DNA of 64,000 nucleotides from Phoronis australis (GCA_002633005.1 NMRA01000066.1:62001-126000), one strand, 5' to 3'; shown: positions 1 through 14,569, numbered from the stretch's first letter. Made by a program: numbers and translations. Notes: generated from the letters alone by a model not told the origin.

Positions 1-3000
1 GAGATTTTATGGAACGACTATTTTCATTGAAAATGGCAGTCGCGTGATAATAAAAGATTGAATGATGTTTCTAATTGAAGAAAAAAGTGACTAATCAATG
101 TCCTTTCATTTCATTTCTGATTTTAACTTTAATTTGTGAATCTTAGTACACGGATTTTCATTTCAATTAATAGTCAATAACATTTAGGTGTAATGTGAAG
201 TCATCAGTCATATTTTGATTGATGACGGAAGGTGTTTCCGCAGCACTTACATGTCATTCTTTCACTCAAGATTCATAACCACACGTGTGGTGGACGCAGC
301 TCATGGAGGGGAGGAGCAAGTGACAGGACATCCCACCAATCTAATGACTGTCAAATAATGTTAGCAGTAGTCTCAAGAATGAAACTATGAGCTGGAAACC
401 AGGGGTTCATCCAAAATGCGTTTCTCTGGGCCTTCATGGTCAGTAACGTGACAGTGTTTTTATGACCACAAATAGACACCGTGGAGGCCCTCTAGGTGAA
501 GGCCTGCCTGGAACTGTGTCACTTAGTGCTAGCAATTGCATTCAGCTGGGGAGGAATGAAATCACGGAAACTTGGAATTAAGTTCAATGTTCCAAGTTCC
601 AGATTCCAAGAGAATGAACCAGGGTATTATCATTTTTATGACTGAAATATACTAACTAGGATAGATTTGAAGATATTGACTTTGACCAGAGCTTTACAAA
701 CCACCGTTCACATTTTCTGAAATCAAGTTTGGTGACTTTACCGTTTATGTGATACTCGGACATTTAGAAAGCGGGATTCAGCTCAGAGCGTGTAGCGGTT
801 AGCTGTCACATGACGTCAAGAGTTTTAGATTTGATTCTGCGTTAGGGCTATTCTGAGAAAAAGATTGTTCTTGTCAGTAATATCAAGACTGTGGTTCCAA
901 ATGCTGAAGCCAATCACTGGAGCTTGGAATGAAATAACACTACATGGGTTATTCATTCAATATTCCATTTCAAGTTTTTTAGATCTTGGCATTCCTGTGA
1001 TTTGTTGCCAAACATCTTACTCAAATTGTGTCTTTAACCTACTGACAGCGCCGCGTAAAGTAATCGTAGGGAGCTAGAAATTGACGAGACAGTGGCTTCA
1101 CCCATGCAAACGCGGGCCTTGAACCGCGAGGGTGTGACAGAACGGCCTGTGTGTTATTTCATCCTGCGTTCTAGTGTCTTTAGCATCTGAAACAACGTAT
1201 TTAACTTAGATTGCCATGGTTTGATTTTCTTGAATCTTAGAACCTCGAATGTGTCTCCAGTGCTCTCATTCTTCCTATGACGAACACTGACACTAGCTGT
1301 AGTTCCAAGCTCATAGTGTTGCTGTTGACACTGCAGTTTACACTGTCAAAAAGCCATTCGATTGGTCAGCTGTGCTGTGGCACTTTCATCACCCAGTCAA
1401 GAGCGTCCATCCACTACATTCATAAGAACTAGTCTTGTGAAAAAACAAATCATTTACGGTGTCCTGTCAATCAAAATATTATTGAAATGGAAATAAGTGC
1501 AAGTTGTTTCAGGTTCCAACACTAATGTGGCCTGGAATATACCCCGTATTTTCCAGGTTTCATATGGCATATTAACAGTTTGAATGACTTGGAAGTTTGA
1601 ACTTGGAACCAGGTTTCAAGAGAATACCATAGAAACTGCACATCAAGCGTGCGTGGTGACACTTGAGCCACAGGCATCTGGAATGCAATAAGAATCCAGG
1701 GACTGAGAACACCACATGACTGACATTATGTCAGGAAAAAAGGAATATTAGTCGTCAATTTTTTTCTGTGTTAGATTGAAAAGTTAATTTTCAGTTTTTG
1801 ATTCGGTATTCCAGGCTTCAAAATTTCAATTTCAAAACGAATATTGACAGTCAATACATGGGTACAGTTTATAATGCCATGCTTCAATTTAAATTTAAAA
1901 GTTGTCTGTGAAATATTAACAACCATTCAGAGTCTCTTAATTCAATTTGAATTTGAATTTCAGTTTGAATTCAATTATTGAACTAGAAACTGTATTTAGT
2001 AAAAACTCAAGAAAAGCGTCTATGATTGTGTACTGCAGTACATTCTGAAATTAGTTCTAGCTATATTTGTACTAAATGAGCCCGAGATTGGGACTATAAA
2101 ATCAACATTCCATTACCTGCCCCACCAACACCAGTAAGCCTAGATGCCAGTCCATAAGTATCCATTCGCCCATGATATGAAATTGGGCGCAAATGCTCTC
2201 GCTATGCTGGGATGGTCATTCTGATGGATTTGATATCATGAACTGTGTATTGCTAATGAGTGATTGGGGAATCTTTCATTGTTTACATTGTTTTGGCATG
2301 AGTATTGTGGTCACTAATGATTACAAATTTCCCCAAATGGTTCTTCTAGCATACAGAAACTGAAAAGGTCTATTAAAAACAACAGAAGCTTTCCAATTAT
2401 TTAGGTTTTCTCTGAAGTTTACTTGTTTAACTTTGGGCACAGTCATGTTAGGTTCCGGTCCGGGGATGGCAACTCCACAGACGACGGTATGGCTGAATTG
2501 AATGAACAGGGAGCTTCTTCGCATATCACCATACTCATTCCAGTTCTTTGTTGTTACGGTTCGTTTTCTTCACTTCCGTCGTGAAAATCACGCAGTTCTC
2601 ACTGAGAGCTCTTGAATTCCTTGTAAAAATCGCACAGTTCCTCTGTTTTTGGCTATTTGTAAACAAACACTGCTTGTGGCGCCAAATGCTCTATTGTTAG
2701 AATGGAGACAGGTGATTCAGTCGCTATAAGACGATTGGTCTGTTGTAGAAGCTTAAATTACAGCGAACAGCATAAGCACGGCAATTCAGACACAGTAATA
2801 TACCGTATTTACTTGTCAAGACACCGCAGTTATACCTGGGATTTACACTAAGGCTGATAAAGCTAGGGATTAGTAATTGACGTGGTACCACAGCAGAACC
2901 GAAAATGACTAGAAAAGTTTGGAGTTGCAGTTTGAATCATGATTAGGTCACTGACCCGGAATGGGCCCGTCCTTAAAGAGCACAGCACCGCTCTCATTCT

Positions 3001-6000
3001 AAGGTATTTACCACAATGCAACACGTGTCGAACACTTGTGCTGCTTGCTCAAATGCCAGATTGGCTTGCCACGTAATTCGTTGTTGTAATGCGAAGTAAC
3101 TTGCCTTGTTGCATTTTGGGTGTTAGTCTGACGCCAAGAGAATGACAAAAGGGTAAAAGTGCTGGATGTGCTAATATTTTTAAAATTAGGTCAGTCGTGC
3201 AATGTACTTTCTACCTCCACGGAAGAGGAGAGTTCAACCCTGGATGGGCCTATTGTGCCCGAGGGTTCAAGATTTTATTTGGTTTTGGCTCTATACCAAG
3301 AGTTATTGAGCTTCAAGTAGAGCAGTTGATTCCTATACATTAGTCCAATACTATCCACTAGGTGCAATGTTATCTCTGGTACATTATGTTTTATTTGCTT
3401 TAAATGCTGGAATTGATATACCATCATTTGAAACATAACCTTGACATTCGGTGGATCTTGGTCATTTTTTGACAAAAAAGTTTTTGGGCCCGCTTGTGTC
3501 AAAACGCCGTACTTGAATATAGCTGTCATCTAAAGGATAGTTAGCGTGATAATTGGATTGATGGCAGAGATGGAGAGTGGGTTGAGTTTCTCTCAGTCCT
3601 ACTCTGATACTCTGACCATTAAGAAAGCTATCTGTAAGCTGAACCTGATTACAAATGAAAAAGTATATCCGGGTGTTCCGTCGTTCAGTTAACTACTTTG
3701 AGCTTGGTGGTTGGGAAGTCGTTTTCGGTTACAAACCACATCATGTGGTGTGCAGTTTTTTAAATGAAACGGTGGCCTATCCGTTTAAGTTCTAGTGAAA
3801 GCCACCAACATTAACTGATACCTCAGAATCGATACCAGCTTAACTGCCTGTGAACCTAAGGGATTGAGCTAGCTGATAACACTCAGTAATCTAGTTTAAA
3901 AAGTCAAGTCTGGCTTCATCCTAGTGATTCGCTAGGCACGGCTGTTTTTACAAGTGATAATTGCGCGATTCTAATGATTTCTAGTATCACAAATGGCATG
4001 ATAATATAGCAATGGCGTTTTCTGAACTTCGTTGGGAATGTCGCATTCTCAGCTGTCGACTAATATCTGATGCAGCTGAAACAGTACAGTGAGTTTGGAA
4101 ATTACTGTCGGCCGACTGTTGCGGTTCATGAGGTGCTGCTAAAAATTACGATAATTTGGATATTGTGAGCAAACGTGATTAATTGATAAATTTGTGGTCT
4201 GACAGTTTAAGGTGCCACTCTGAGAATTTCTGTGCGTGTGCGTTTATGTGTTAAATCACGAGGCACAGGTGCGTCGCTGAGCTTCTTGAAAGTTTAGCCA
4301 TGTAGCTTTGACGTAATCGGCCATTTTGCAGTGACTGATTTTGAGGCACAAATAATATTGGTCTGATTTTGCTTCAACAACGGCAAGCCTGCTGTTGCAG
4401 TATATCGCCATCTTCAGAATTTGTTTGGTTTTAGTGTTTCAAGGAGGGTTGAACTTCCAATTAATTGAAGATGACTAGGACTGGGAGGCTGTTGACAGGC
4501 AAACGCCACAGAGTGATGAAAAAGTGTACACGGCTATCTTCGAAGACGGCCAAACTGCCGAAAGACCATTCACAATGTTTGCAGCACGATTTCTTGTTGT
4601 CTTGTAATTTGTCAGATGGTGTTGTCTTCGAAAGATTGACAGTTAGTTAGGAGAGTTGTGTCGAAGGGGGGAGTCATCACCAGTAGCACCCCCTCTCGCG
4701 CGGGCACCCTTCATCGTCTCTGGCTCAAAGCCAAAACGAACTAGTGTTGATTCAAATCGTCACCTATGTGAGTTACAATTGATTCTAACCTGAGGGGAAT
4801 TTCTGGGCCTGCTGAGGGGAATTATGCACGATTTTTACGTCTTTCAGAGGGGAATGGGGCCAATATGGGATCGGGATCCCTGGTCATGTTGACCTGTTTT
4901 TGTAAACTACCTAGACCTGTCTTTGTAATGTGATGTAATCTGGTGGTATGCAACTCAAAGTATTACCCATGTGATTTGTGAAGCGTGCCTCGGTAGACTT
5001 TTTATTCCGCCTCTATTTAGTCCAGATTACATGGCTGATCAATCCACGGCCTGGATTGATCGTCAAACCTATTAATCATTTAACGTCAGCCGCCAAGTGC
5101 CGTGTCAAAGCAGTTCTTCAGGTGACTTCTCATTTCATCAACTTTGTAGTCCATTAAGATGAGCCATTCGACTAGCTACTTGATAGGGTTCAGGTGTGTT
5201 TATGAAACATCCCTGATTAGATAATACAGTTTAGCCTGAGGCATAAAATCAAACCTCCACTATGGTGCTGTTTCTAGGTAGCCTATGTAAATCATCATTA
5301 ACACCTGTCCCTGGATTTTGTGTTTGTGTGTTTTCGAGGTTACCACTGAGATCAGTTGCTGCATTCTGGAGGCTATTATTTGTAGCATATGTAACAATTT
5401 TTTAAATGAGATTCAAATTTGATGCAGAAAGACGTGCTATGGACTGACTGTATAAATTTCTAAAAATTGTAAAAGCCTCAGGTTTGGGATTGCTGAAGTT
5501 TTCGTAGTTTTCTTAAAGGTAGGAAGTTGTTCCAGATATTAGGAAATTTCTGGAGATGACGCCATCTAAAATGGATTAATGCCAAAATATGATGAATTTA
5601 ATGATGTTTTAAATTTGAGTTTGCATTTCAGTGTTGCTATTAGTCTGTACAACAATAGGTTCACTGTCACAGAATTTAACAGAAGAAAGTCAAATGTGTA
5701 AAAATTGTGGAAACAGTCTAAACGTAATGCGGACAAATGGACACAGTCCTGTAACAAGATTAACTTGTAAAATGTATGAATAATGAGGCACCTACCATCC
5801 ATACAAAGATAAATTGTGTTCTAAACTAACATAGACTGCCACTCCTTTGCTTGGTATGAAAATGTTCTTGTGCACTGATAATGTATAATACCACAGTGCC
5901 ATAGTGCTAATTTGCATTGATCTACTGTTGGAAATGATGGTGATATGTAACTCCCAGGCGTTAGGCATTGAGAACCCCTAATGTATCGTATGACACTACC

Positions 6001-7822
6001 GTACTCGTATGCGAGAATGCTAAAGGTGGTCAAGTTGGAGAAATCAAAAATGGAGGTGGGCGTCGAGCCTATCACGGGGTGTAAAAAACAAAAGTCATCA
6101 CAAGTCGGAGGTGAAGTGTTGAAATCTAAATTACCTAAATAATCTCATTTTTTTCTAAAGCTGATCCTAGATTTGTCGGAAAATATAATTTCTGCTGTGT
6201 GCGTAATGAAGGAATTCTTATTAACGGTTAGGTTTTGTGCAGACATAACAAAATTTGTTTACAGCAGTCTCTTAAATTTTGCACAAAAATAATAAACGAA
6301 ATTGTCATTTTTTATTTTTTAAATTCCCAATTACGTTGTTGTGATGCTGATAATTTTCTCAGTTTTGTTTTATGATTGCCATTTAGTACAAACTAGGTTA
6401 CTGAGTAGTCAAAAGTTTTTGTCGACATATTTTTGTTGAGAAATTTCGAGAAAATAAAATTGCACTGGTCCACTATATTCTGCGCTAAATTGGACAGTTT
6501 ACTGTAACTGCCGCAAACCCATTTGTGTAGGAAATTCAATTGTCTGTTGCTTGTTGGGTATTTTCAGACCTTATTGATTTCCTGTCTAAGCCGGAGCAAT
6601 TTAATACTTGCCTTCTTTATAACAGGCAGGTATTCCTACGAAATGCATTTCACATTGTTTGGAAGAACTTTGATTTCTGACAACCATTTGTTGTTCTGGT
6701 ATTGAAAAGTAATATAAATTTCAAGTCACCTTGAAACCAGATATGTCGTATGCAAATTTTATGCTGTTGTTTTAAGACCTTTCCTCTGTGAAATGTGAGT
6801 CTGGTAGCAGCTTACAATTGATGCTTGAAATTAATTGCCTTTGATTCCCGCTTAAATCAAATTATGGTAATAAGTAAAAATAGCTCTAACAGAGCAGGTA
6901 GCAACTTACTAGCAGAGAACTGATTTGTATTGTTATTCTGTGTCGTCTAACGAGGAAATTAATTGCTTTCATTTTTTACCCTATTCTGCACGGCCTTTAG
7001 TCTTTAATTAAGACAATATCTCTCATTCGCCCCATGGCCCATGCCAGCATCTACTTTAATCTGGATTCGAAAATTGACCAATAACCATTAATTGATAGCA
7101 GGCTGCATGAAGTACACCTCACCGCGAGATGACGGTAGTTGGTGGACAGCATTCTTGCATCAAATTTATGCTGTGGGATATTTTCAATCCTTTTTGCAAG
7201 TTCTTTGCGACCATCATGCTGTCAAGTTGCCACTTGTGCGGTCCACGAATGAAAAGAAATTGCAATTTGGCCATTCTTGCTCCCTGGAATTAGCGAGAGA
7301 TGCTTAAGTGGTCTCACAACACCAAAAACTTTTATTTAAGTAGTTTGTTTCCTATTGCATTTTCAGGAAGTTACACTGTATGCTCATCTGTACTCGAATA
7401 ATGCGGCGTGTTTGGTTAAATTTTGAGTCTAGTCAGAATTTTAGAGATTATTTGCTGGATCCAGGTGTACGCTAGGTCGAGAGGTCAACTGTGAGGTATT
7501 CGATGGGTTCCCTGTGCACGATGGGTTCCCTGTGCACGACTGCATTCTGTTTATCCAAGAAACTTGCAAAACACGACATTATGCAAGACTGCGGGGTATC
7601 GCTGTGCATTACAACCAAAGCACATTGTCACTAGTTTTTCTCATGAGTTTCTTATGTGTACAGAAGGCAGTCTTGGTTTCCTCCTCACAAACCTATCCTA
7701 TTTACAAGAAAATTCAATCTAGTGCAGTGATGGTAAACAAAATAATTATTCACCCATTATCACATGTATTGTTACTGAAATTATAATTCATTACGCAATA
7801 TTATGTGATTTTGTAACATCGA

Positions 7823-7971
7823 GGCCTGTTTCACTAAACTGTTTTCAGTTTACAACCTTTTCACTCAGAGTTTGATGGGATGCTTACGACAAAATATCAG
7901 ACTTATCGTAAGTCTCCGTTTAGACTTTGTAAAAAACATTGCAAATTTAAGACATTTAGTAAAACGGGTCC
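7823..7971. mobile_element. Short degenerate MITE (PIF/Harbinger-like ends)
   Basis: Imperfect terminal inverted repeats ggcctgtttcactaaa ... tttagtaaaacgggtcc. Confidence 0.45.
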
Positions 7972-10179
7972 TTTTGTTGAAACCATATAAGCCGAGATGT
8001 TTAATATATATGTGTGCATTGAGGCACATGGTTGTGACATCATAGAAGCCACGTGACAAACGCACTGTTTTTATTGATTTGCGGAGAGATTCGTATATTG
8101 AAACCACCAATTTTAGACTTAATGTATAGGACAGGACAAATGAAATTTAATTTTCCCACTTTTTAAAGTCACATGCATGCTCATGATATCAATTTGATGG
8201 AATGTCGAAATTTATTATTTAATAAATTTTAGATTGTATTACTGTCATTAATTAGCTTCAATTAAGTTTCAAACATCAAACTGAGTCCGAGTTAAGCGAA
8301 AATCCAACTTATAGGAGCTTTGCTGTAGTTTCAATTAAAATCATTGTCTTAATAGATTCCATTCACTAGACTCACAAACAGTATTATCATTGGCAAGTAG
8401 CACTTAAAGTAAGTAACACTTAATCAATGAACACCATTTTCAGGTTCTATTCTGTAGCTACCGTCTGACATTTTCTAAAAACTGTGGTTATTCGTAGCTC
8501 TTGAAAAATGAAGAAAGAATGATTTTTGACAATTTTTCTGTTCGAAGGTAGAACAACAAATGTTCTGCTGTCTCAGCAGGGCAGAGTTGGCACCAAAATT
8601 ATGCCAAAGTTGTGTGAATTTTCGGTTTTTAATGACTACGTTACTACAAACTGGAATTCAGAATAAGATCCTAGCTGAATATGGGGGAAACCTTGCCTTA
8701 TGTCATTTTATGGCTGCAACACAATACAAACTAGAAGTTATATGAATGGACTAAAATATCATAAATATTTATTTCTATTGACAAATTTGACAAAGTAAAA
8801 TTAAACTTGTTCACCCTATGGTGTACAGGGGAAGAGTTACTATACAGCTAAGATAACTAGCAATAATGTCTCTCTCCCCTGAGAGAAGTTTAAGTAATTG
8901 CAAGATTATGTTCAATTATGCAAGCTATTCTTGGGTGAAAGTTACTCCATACTAAGTATTCTCTACCAGCAATTTCAAACTCCACAGAAATTACATGCCT
9001 TTGAGGCGCGTAATGGAGAAATCCAGGTTCACACTATGGGTTTACTGGGAAATTGTGTACTGAAAGGGGCCTAAGGTAATGTCCCCATGAACTTAAATTG
9101 ACCAATGTTCCATGTGTTCAAATTTGCCACATTGTTTCTCCAAGCCCACACAGGTGAGCTAAACTCCCGCATGGCAATATTCAAATTGGTTACCAGGATG
9201 AATCAAAACCCACAGCTGCAGTACTTGTAATACACTTGGAATATCTGGTGAAGACTTCAATAACCTGAGCTCCCCTAACTCACAGGACGAAGCCAGCTTA
9301 ATTAAACACCTTTTCTTGTTGTGTCATATTTGACCTTGAACTCATAAATTCTGTAAAATTTCATCAATTTGGGACATAATAAGATGGAGAAGGGAAATTG
9401 TATTTTCATTTTTTTCGTAAAATTTAGGTAAATGCTTTAATGATTTTCAAATTCTACACCATAGCAGCAATCAGACAATGGTGGGGGAACCGCATGCTTT
9501 CACAACAGGGTTAGTGGCATTTGAAAAGTGAATAAAGGTCAACTTGGGCACTTATTTTAGTCTGGAGCCAGTGAGATTTCACCATCAGTAATTGACAGAA
9601 AGTCAGAGGACAATGACTCACATATGGGATTACATGTAAAATCAATACAGGTTAATTCTCAAGGTGTGAAGTATATATACTATACCTGGGTTTTGTTTCC
9701 TACACGGAATACATTGGCAGTGATATTGTGGCAAAAAATCTCTGAATTCTACTTCATAACTTATCATTTCTATCCCATAATGCAACATTCTAACCTCGCC
9801 GACCAATCACTTCAGTGGTTGTCATTTTGCTTGGTTACCCACATAATGTTTCGAGCATACTCTCGAATCACCTTTCACTCTCCTTAATTTGCCTCATCTC
9901 GCTTTTCTCATTAGAAACTTGGTTCATGAAATGCACTTCTAGTCATTATAGCTCCTCTTTAGTAGTCTTGTGGTAAAGTCTAACCAATTTCTGACAAAAA
10001 TAATTGCCAGTTTGTTCATTTTGACCCTCAGAGTGAACTTGTGAAAACGTGGCTGACCATACAGTAGATTTTTACTGAGTATTTGGGATTTTTGAAAGCT
10101 CCCCCTGTTGATTTTTGAATGAGTCCGACTTCAGTAGCATGCCTATTGGGAATTTTGTGTTTTTTGTCTGTCTCAGTAT

Positions 10180-10906
10180 CTACCATGTTCCTTGATGTCT
10201 CTTCATGAAATTTGGTAATTGTATTCGTATTGAGGAGATCACAACTGCTGTTGATGTTCGGACAGGTCCAACTACAGAAGCACCACATACTAGCCGCAGT
10301 ATCTAGCAGGTCCCTTGATAGACCTTCATGAAATTTGGCATATAAGGTTCTATGAAGCAAACAACGCCTGTCTAGTTTCAGATGGATTTTACCTTTTTTG
10401 CTCTCCTTGTGGCCGTTTATATTATTTTCGCATCAGCCTTCCTGTCTGCAAACTGCTTGAAGAATCACCTGACTGTTGACAGGTGTTTCTCTTAAGAAAA
10501 GCATGGTTGACAGCATTTTTTGGACCGCCCTGCTGTAGAGCGCCCTAGTGGAGTTTTAGTTGTCTTTGCATCTGTCTCGGTGTCTAGCAAGGTCTTTGAT
10601 GGAACTTCATGAAGTTTGGCATGGTTTCCTTATTGAAATAAGCTGGGCTGGTGTCCTTTATTGGACAGATGTGACAAGCGTGGTGTGCCCAAGTGACAAA
10701 TTGTCAGTGCACCAGGTTCTTTGTTGGGTCTTCTTGAAATTGTCTTTTTTGTTTTCTTAATGGGGAGAGCCTCACCGACTGATGTCAGTTGATTTTCAGT
10801 TGAGTCTGTCTGCCTTGGAGATATTTGAAAAAACAAACGCCCTCATTTCTTTATTGTTTGCGAGGCGCGCAGTGGGCACATATCAATGCTCTTCACTAGT
10901 CTTGTT
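10180..10906 (+). mobile_element. Helentron-associated (HINE/DINE-1-like) non-autonomous element, degenerate
   Basis: Internal repeats cttcatgaa(a/g)tttgg(t/c)a. The 3' end gtgggc(a/g)cat(a/t)tcaa...cttgtt is shared with 24018-24052 and 48774-48808; a CTTGTT terminus after a short hairpin is typical of HINE/DINE-1. The 5' boundary is approximate. Confidence 0.5.
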
Positions 10907-11003
10907 CAAATTTTCAATGTGTGACTGGTTTGTGCACACTGAGCTCTTGTTTTTTTGGTATTACTTTCAGTATCTATTGATATCCAAGTCCACAGGCCAT
11001 TAA

Positions 11004-11360
11004 TGACCCTCGAAAAATTTCCATATTTGGGTAACTTTGGTTCATCATATCTCAGAAATGCCTGATTGGTTTCGTACGGAACTTTCAAACACCATACCTC
11101 ATGCACTGTTATTCAATACCATGTCAGCAATTGTTTTTAAAATTTTCTACTTTTGCTGCAGGGGCTATCAAAATAGGACTTTTATGATTTTTATAAGAAA
11201 ACTCAAAAGGTGGTATAAAACGAAAACAAAATGATAACGTAGGAAACTGCAAGAATGTTTTTGAAATTTCATCTTGACATTTATGTCAAACTAATTTTGG
11301 TCATAGTCCTGTGATCCTATTTATAGCAGATTAGTGTAAAATCAAAAATCAAATTCTACA
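11004..11360 (+). repeat. Interspersed repeat family A (unclassified, probably DNA-transposon derived), copy 1
   Basis: gaccctcgaaaaatttccatatttgggtaactttgg...ggggctatc... recurs at 22516-22830 (+), 35640-36077 (-) and partly at 39262-39790. Confidence 0.7.
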
Positions 11361-12841
11361 GGCTTTGTTACTTTTAGAAACTATATTCTTTTACTGAGTT
11401 GAAATGTATGGTTTTGTAGATATTTCATTAAATATGCGGACAAGTTGGTTTGGACCTACATAGCCTAAACCATGCACTCGGTAGACACACCTTTTGTCAG
11501 TTTCCAAGTGTTCAAAATCTAGGAAACAGATGGTGTTATCACCCAAGGCCTTTGTAGATTAGACACTTGGTGAATATGTTGTGTGAATGAAATCACTTCC
11601 TGGCTGTGCTCATTAGCATCTGGTATTCCGCTCCCATCATAGAAACCATGGTATTCTGACTATTCCTGGGGAACTCTCTGCTGAACTGGAATTTAATGGG
11701 TCTAAGTGTATCATGTTATTGGTAAGGCCAGAGAAAGTAGCGTAATTGGTTGCGGTCTAGGTGTTTTTGAAAGTCAATGTGTTGATGCTGTATTTTTTAC
11801 TCATCCATGTTTTCCAAAACAAAAAGTTGCCTGGTACCAGCTGAAATGGACCGGGATCCTTTTTTCCCTGGCATCATCTGACACCCAGCACAATGGGCCA
11901 TAATCCTTCTTATTCCCCAGCATCACCTGATGCTGGTTGAACTAGGTCAGGATCCTTTTCTTAAAACTGACCAATTTCTTTACTCATTAAACCAAAAGTA
12001 ACCAAAGTTCTGTTATAACTGTGCTTTCCTCAGGTGATCAGTTTTCAAATGCTTTTGACAATGTTAGCATTTAATGAATTGTTAGTATCTTACTATTAAC
12101 ATCAAATGTGAAACAATGGATAATACTGATGTCAGAGTGGTTGCTTAGGGCCCTGTTACACCAGACTCATTCTCAGAATCTGTCTTATCCTCTGGATGAA
12201 ATATAGTATTTGGGCGAGTGCAAATGGGCCATATTGGCCAAAAATTTGTCTCAAATGTGATGCCATTCAGGGGGCTCCTTAATTAGATTGTGCCATGCTC
12301 ACTGTAATCAGTTCCCACTCAGTTTTTATGCCATTTTCGAGATGGCACGGTAAAACCTCTCTGATGTGGGACATGCTCAACTCTTCGGACGAGAAAAAAA
12401 TTGTTTAGGGGGTGAAAATTGTCACTGGTTATTTTCCCCCCTTTTTCGGACAAGGCCATTTGCAGATCACGACAGTTTTTGTTTTTGTTATTGTCAGAAA
12501 CAGAGGCTGTCGTGTTAATTTTAGTGGTCGTCTTCTTAACTCAATAATAAACTTTGGCTAACAATGCAACTTCGGCAGCACAACGTACATTTGCGCAATT
12601 CACATGCTTAAGGTGAGCATCAAACTTGAAAACTACTTAGATATGAAGGGGCGCTTAAAATCTCTTGTCCATAAAAGAACAATTTACTTTGTGTGAATAC
12701 AGATTGTCAATGAACATGCAATAAAATTATAGTCCTCTGTCATGTAGAATACCTTGTTTACCAGGCGCCTGTGACTGGCAATGAATGGTGTTACTGGTAT
12801 CTGAATGGTGTTGTTGGTGATTTGACTGTAATCTGCTGATG

Positions 12842-13257
12842 TTTGAATATAACTAGCTGTGATTCACATTTATATCCCCATGTTGTTGAATACCTTGTAG
12901 TGGTATTCACAGCTGTATGCTCAGGTTGTGGAATACCTTGCTGTGGTATTCACATTTATATCCCCATTTTGTTGAATACCTTGTGGTGGTATTCACAGCT
13001 GTATGCTCAGGTTGTGGAATACCTTGCTGTGGTATTCACATTTATATCCCCATGTTGTTGAATACCTTGTGGTGGTATTCACAGCTGTATGCTCAGGTTG
13101 TGGAATACCTTGCTGTGGTATTCACATTTATATCCCCAGGTTGTTGAATACCTGGCCTTGGTATTTACAGTTAAATCCCCATACAGTTGAATACCAAGGT
13201 GTGGTATTCACAGTTGTATTCTCAGGCTGTTGCTGAACACCTAGCTGTGCTGTGTTC
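12842..13257. repeat. Minisatellite, 43-bp units organised as 86-bp dimers
   Basis: tattcacatttatatccccatgttgttgaataccttgtggtgg alternates with tattcacagctgtatgctcaggttgtggaataccttgctgtgg. ORFs 12917 and 13003 are offset by 86 bp. Confidence 0.93.
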
Positions 13258-13496
13258 TCCACATCAGGAAATTCGAACTTGACGCGAATCCTAAAATGTC
13301 CGTACATGTTCAAAAACCCATAATTAATATGTGGGGAGTTTGTATGCTACTAAGTATTGGAATAAATGCGCTGAACTAATTCCACTGTCAAAAGTGCTGA
13401 ATCGCTTAAGAAATAACAGTACTAAGTTCCCAAAAGTTGCTCAAGTTTTCAGATGAAATCAACACAAGTAATCCAAACTCAATGCAGTGACGTGTT

Positions 13497-14270
13497 GAAC
13501 TAGGTTGTGGAAAACATTGCTGCGGTGTTCACAGTTATACATTCGGGTTATTGAATACCAAACTCTGGTATCCACAGTTATGCCCTCAGGCTGTTGAATA
13601 CCAAGCTCTGGTATTCACAGTTATGTCCTCAGGCTGTTGAATACCAAGCTCTGGTATTCACAGTTATGTCCTCAGGCTGTTGAATACCAAGCTCTGGTAT
13701 TCACAGTTATGTCCTCAGGCTGTTGAATACCAAGCTCTGGTATTCACAGTTATGCCCTCAGGCTGTTGAATACCAAGCTCTGGTATTCACAGTTATGTCC
13801 TCAGGCTGTTGAATACCAAGCTCTGGTATTCACAGTTATGTCCTCAGGCTGTTGAATACCAAGCTCTGGTATTCACAGTTATGTCCTCAGGCTGTTGAAC
13901 ACCTAGCTGTGGTGTTCACAGTTATACCCTCAAGTTGTTGAATACCAGTAGTTGTGGTATTCACAGTTATGTCTGCATGATGCCTTTTTGTTGTATTCAC
14001 AGTTTTATCCTTGGGCTGTTTTATACCTAGCTATGATATTCACAGTTACATCATTGGCTGCTGAATACCTAGCTACGATATTCACAGTTTTATCCGTGGC
14101 TTCTGAATTAACCTAGCTACGGTATTCACAGTTATATCCTTGGCTGTTGGAATACCTAGCTACGGTATTCACAGTTATATCCTTGGCTGCTCAATGCCTT
14201 GCTGCAGTATTCACAGTTATTACCCCAGGTTAATAGCTGTAGTATTCATAGTTTTATCCCCAGGTTGTGT
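13497..14270. repeat. Minisatellite, 43-bp unit with internal palindrome
   Basis: tgttgaataccaagctctggtattcacagttatgtcctcaggc, about 7 near-identical copies in 13590-13900 with degenerate flanking units. Confidence 0.95.
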
Positions 14271-14464
14271 GTTCAGCTGAGGTTTTTCGGTTTCCACGTT
14301 TCATGACAATGTATTGATTTACCGATGCCTTTAAAAAGCAGCTTGTTTTTTAAATTCATGTGTGCGCTGACTATATGCAAATACTCCTGATCAGCTGAGA
14401 GTTGTTAAATGTTTGTGCCAGGCTGACAGTTTTCCTGATGTTGCTAAGTGCTTCCATTCACAGT

Positions 14465-14569
14465 AATGGTCTGATATAACGTGCCCGAATTTTGAGAACC
14501 AGTTTTCTCCACTGAATAACGAGCATCCAACTGGTTCTCACAATACCGGGCACCTTATATCAGACTATT
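14465..14569. mobile_element. ~105-bp palindromic MITE, family B copy 1
   Basis: Arms aatggtctgatataacgtgcccgaattttgagaaccagtt / aactggttctcacaataccgggcaccttatatcagactatt. Related copies at 19561-19664, 28208-28296 and 54068-54160. Confidence 0.8.

Noticed and set aside
5037-5061. 10-bp perfect hairpin gatcaatcca-cggcc-tggattgatc as a terminator or Helitron end
   Set aside because: No U-tract and no CTRR terminus at the expected distance; intrinsic terminators are not relevant in this eukaryotic context.
12843-13313. Cys/Trp-rich repetitive ORFs
   Set aside because: They are translations of the 86-bp minisatellite in several frames, with no splice or codon evidence.
12842-14270. CRISPR-like array of palindromic repeats
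   Set aside because: The inter-palindrome sequences are themselves repeated rather than unique spacers, there are no cas genes, and the context is a eukaryotic intron.
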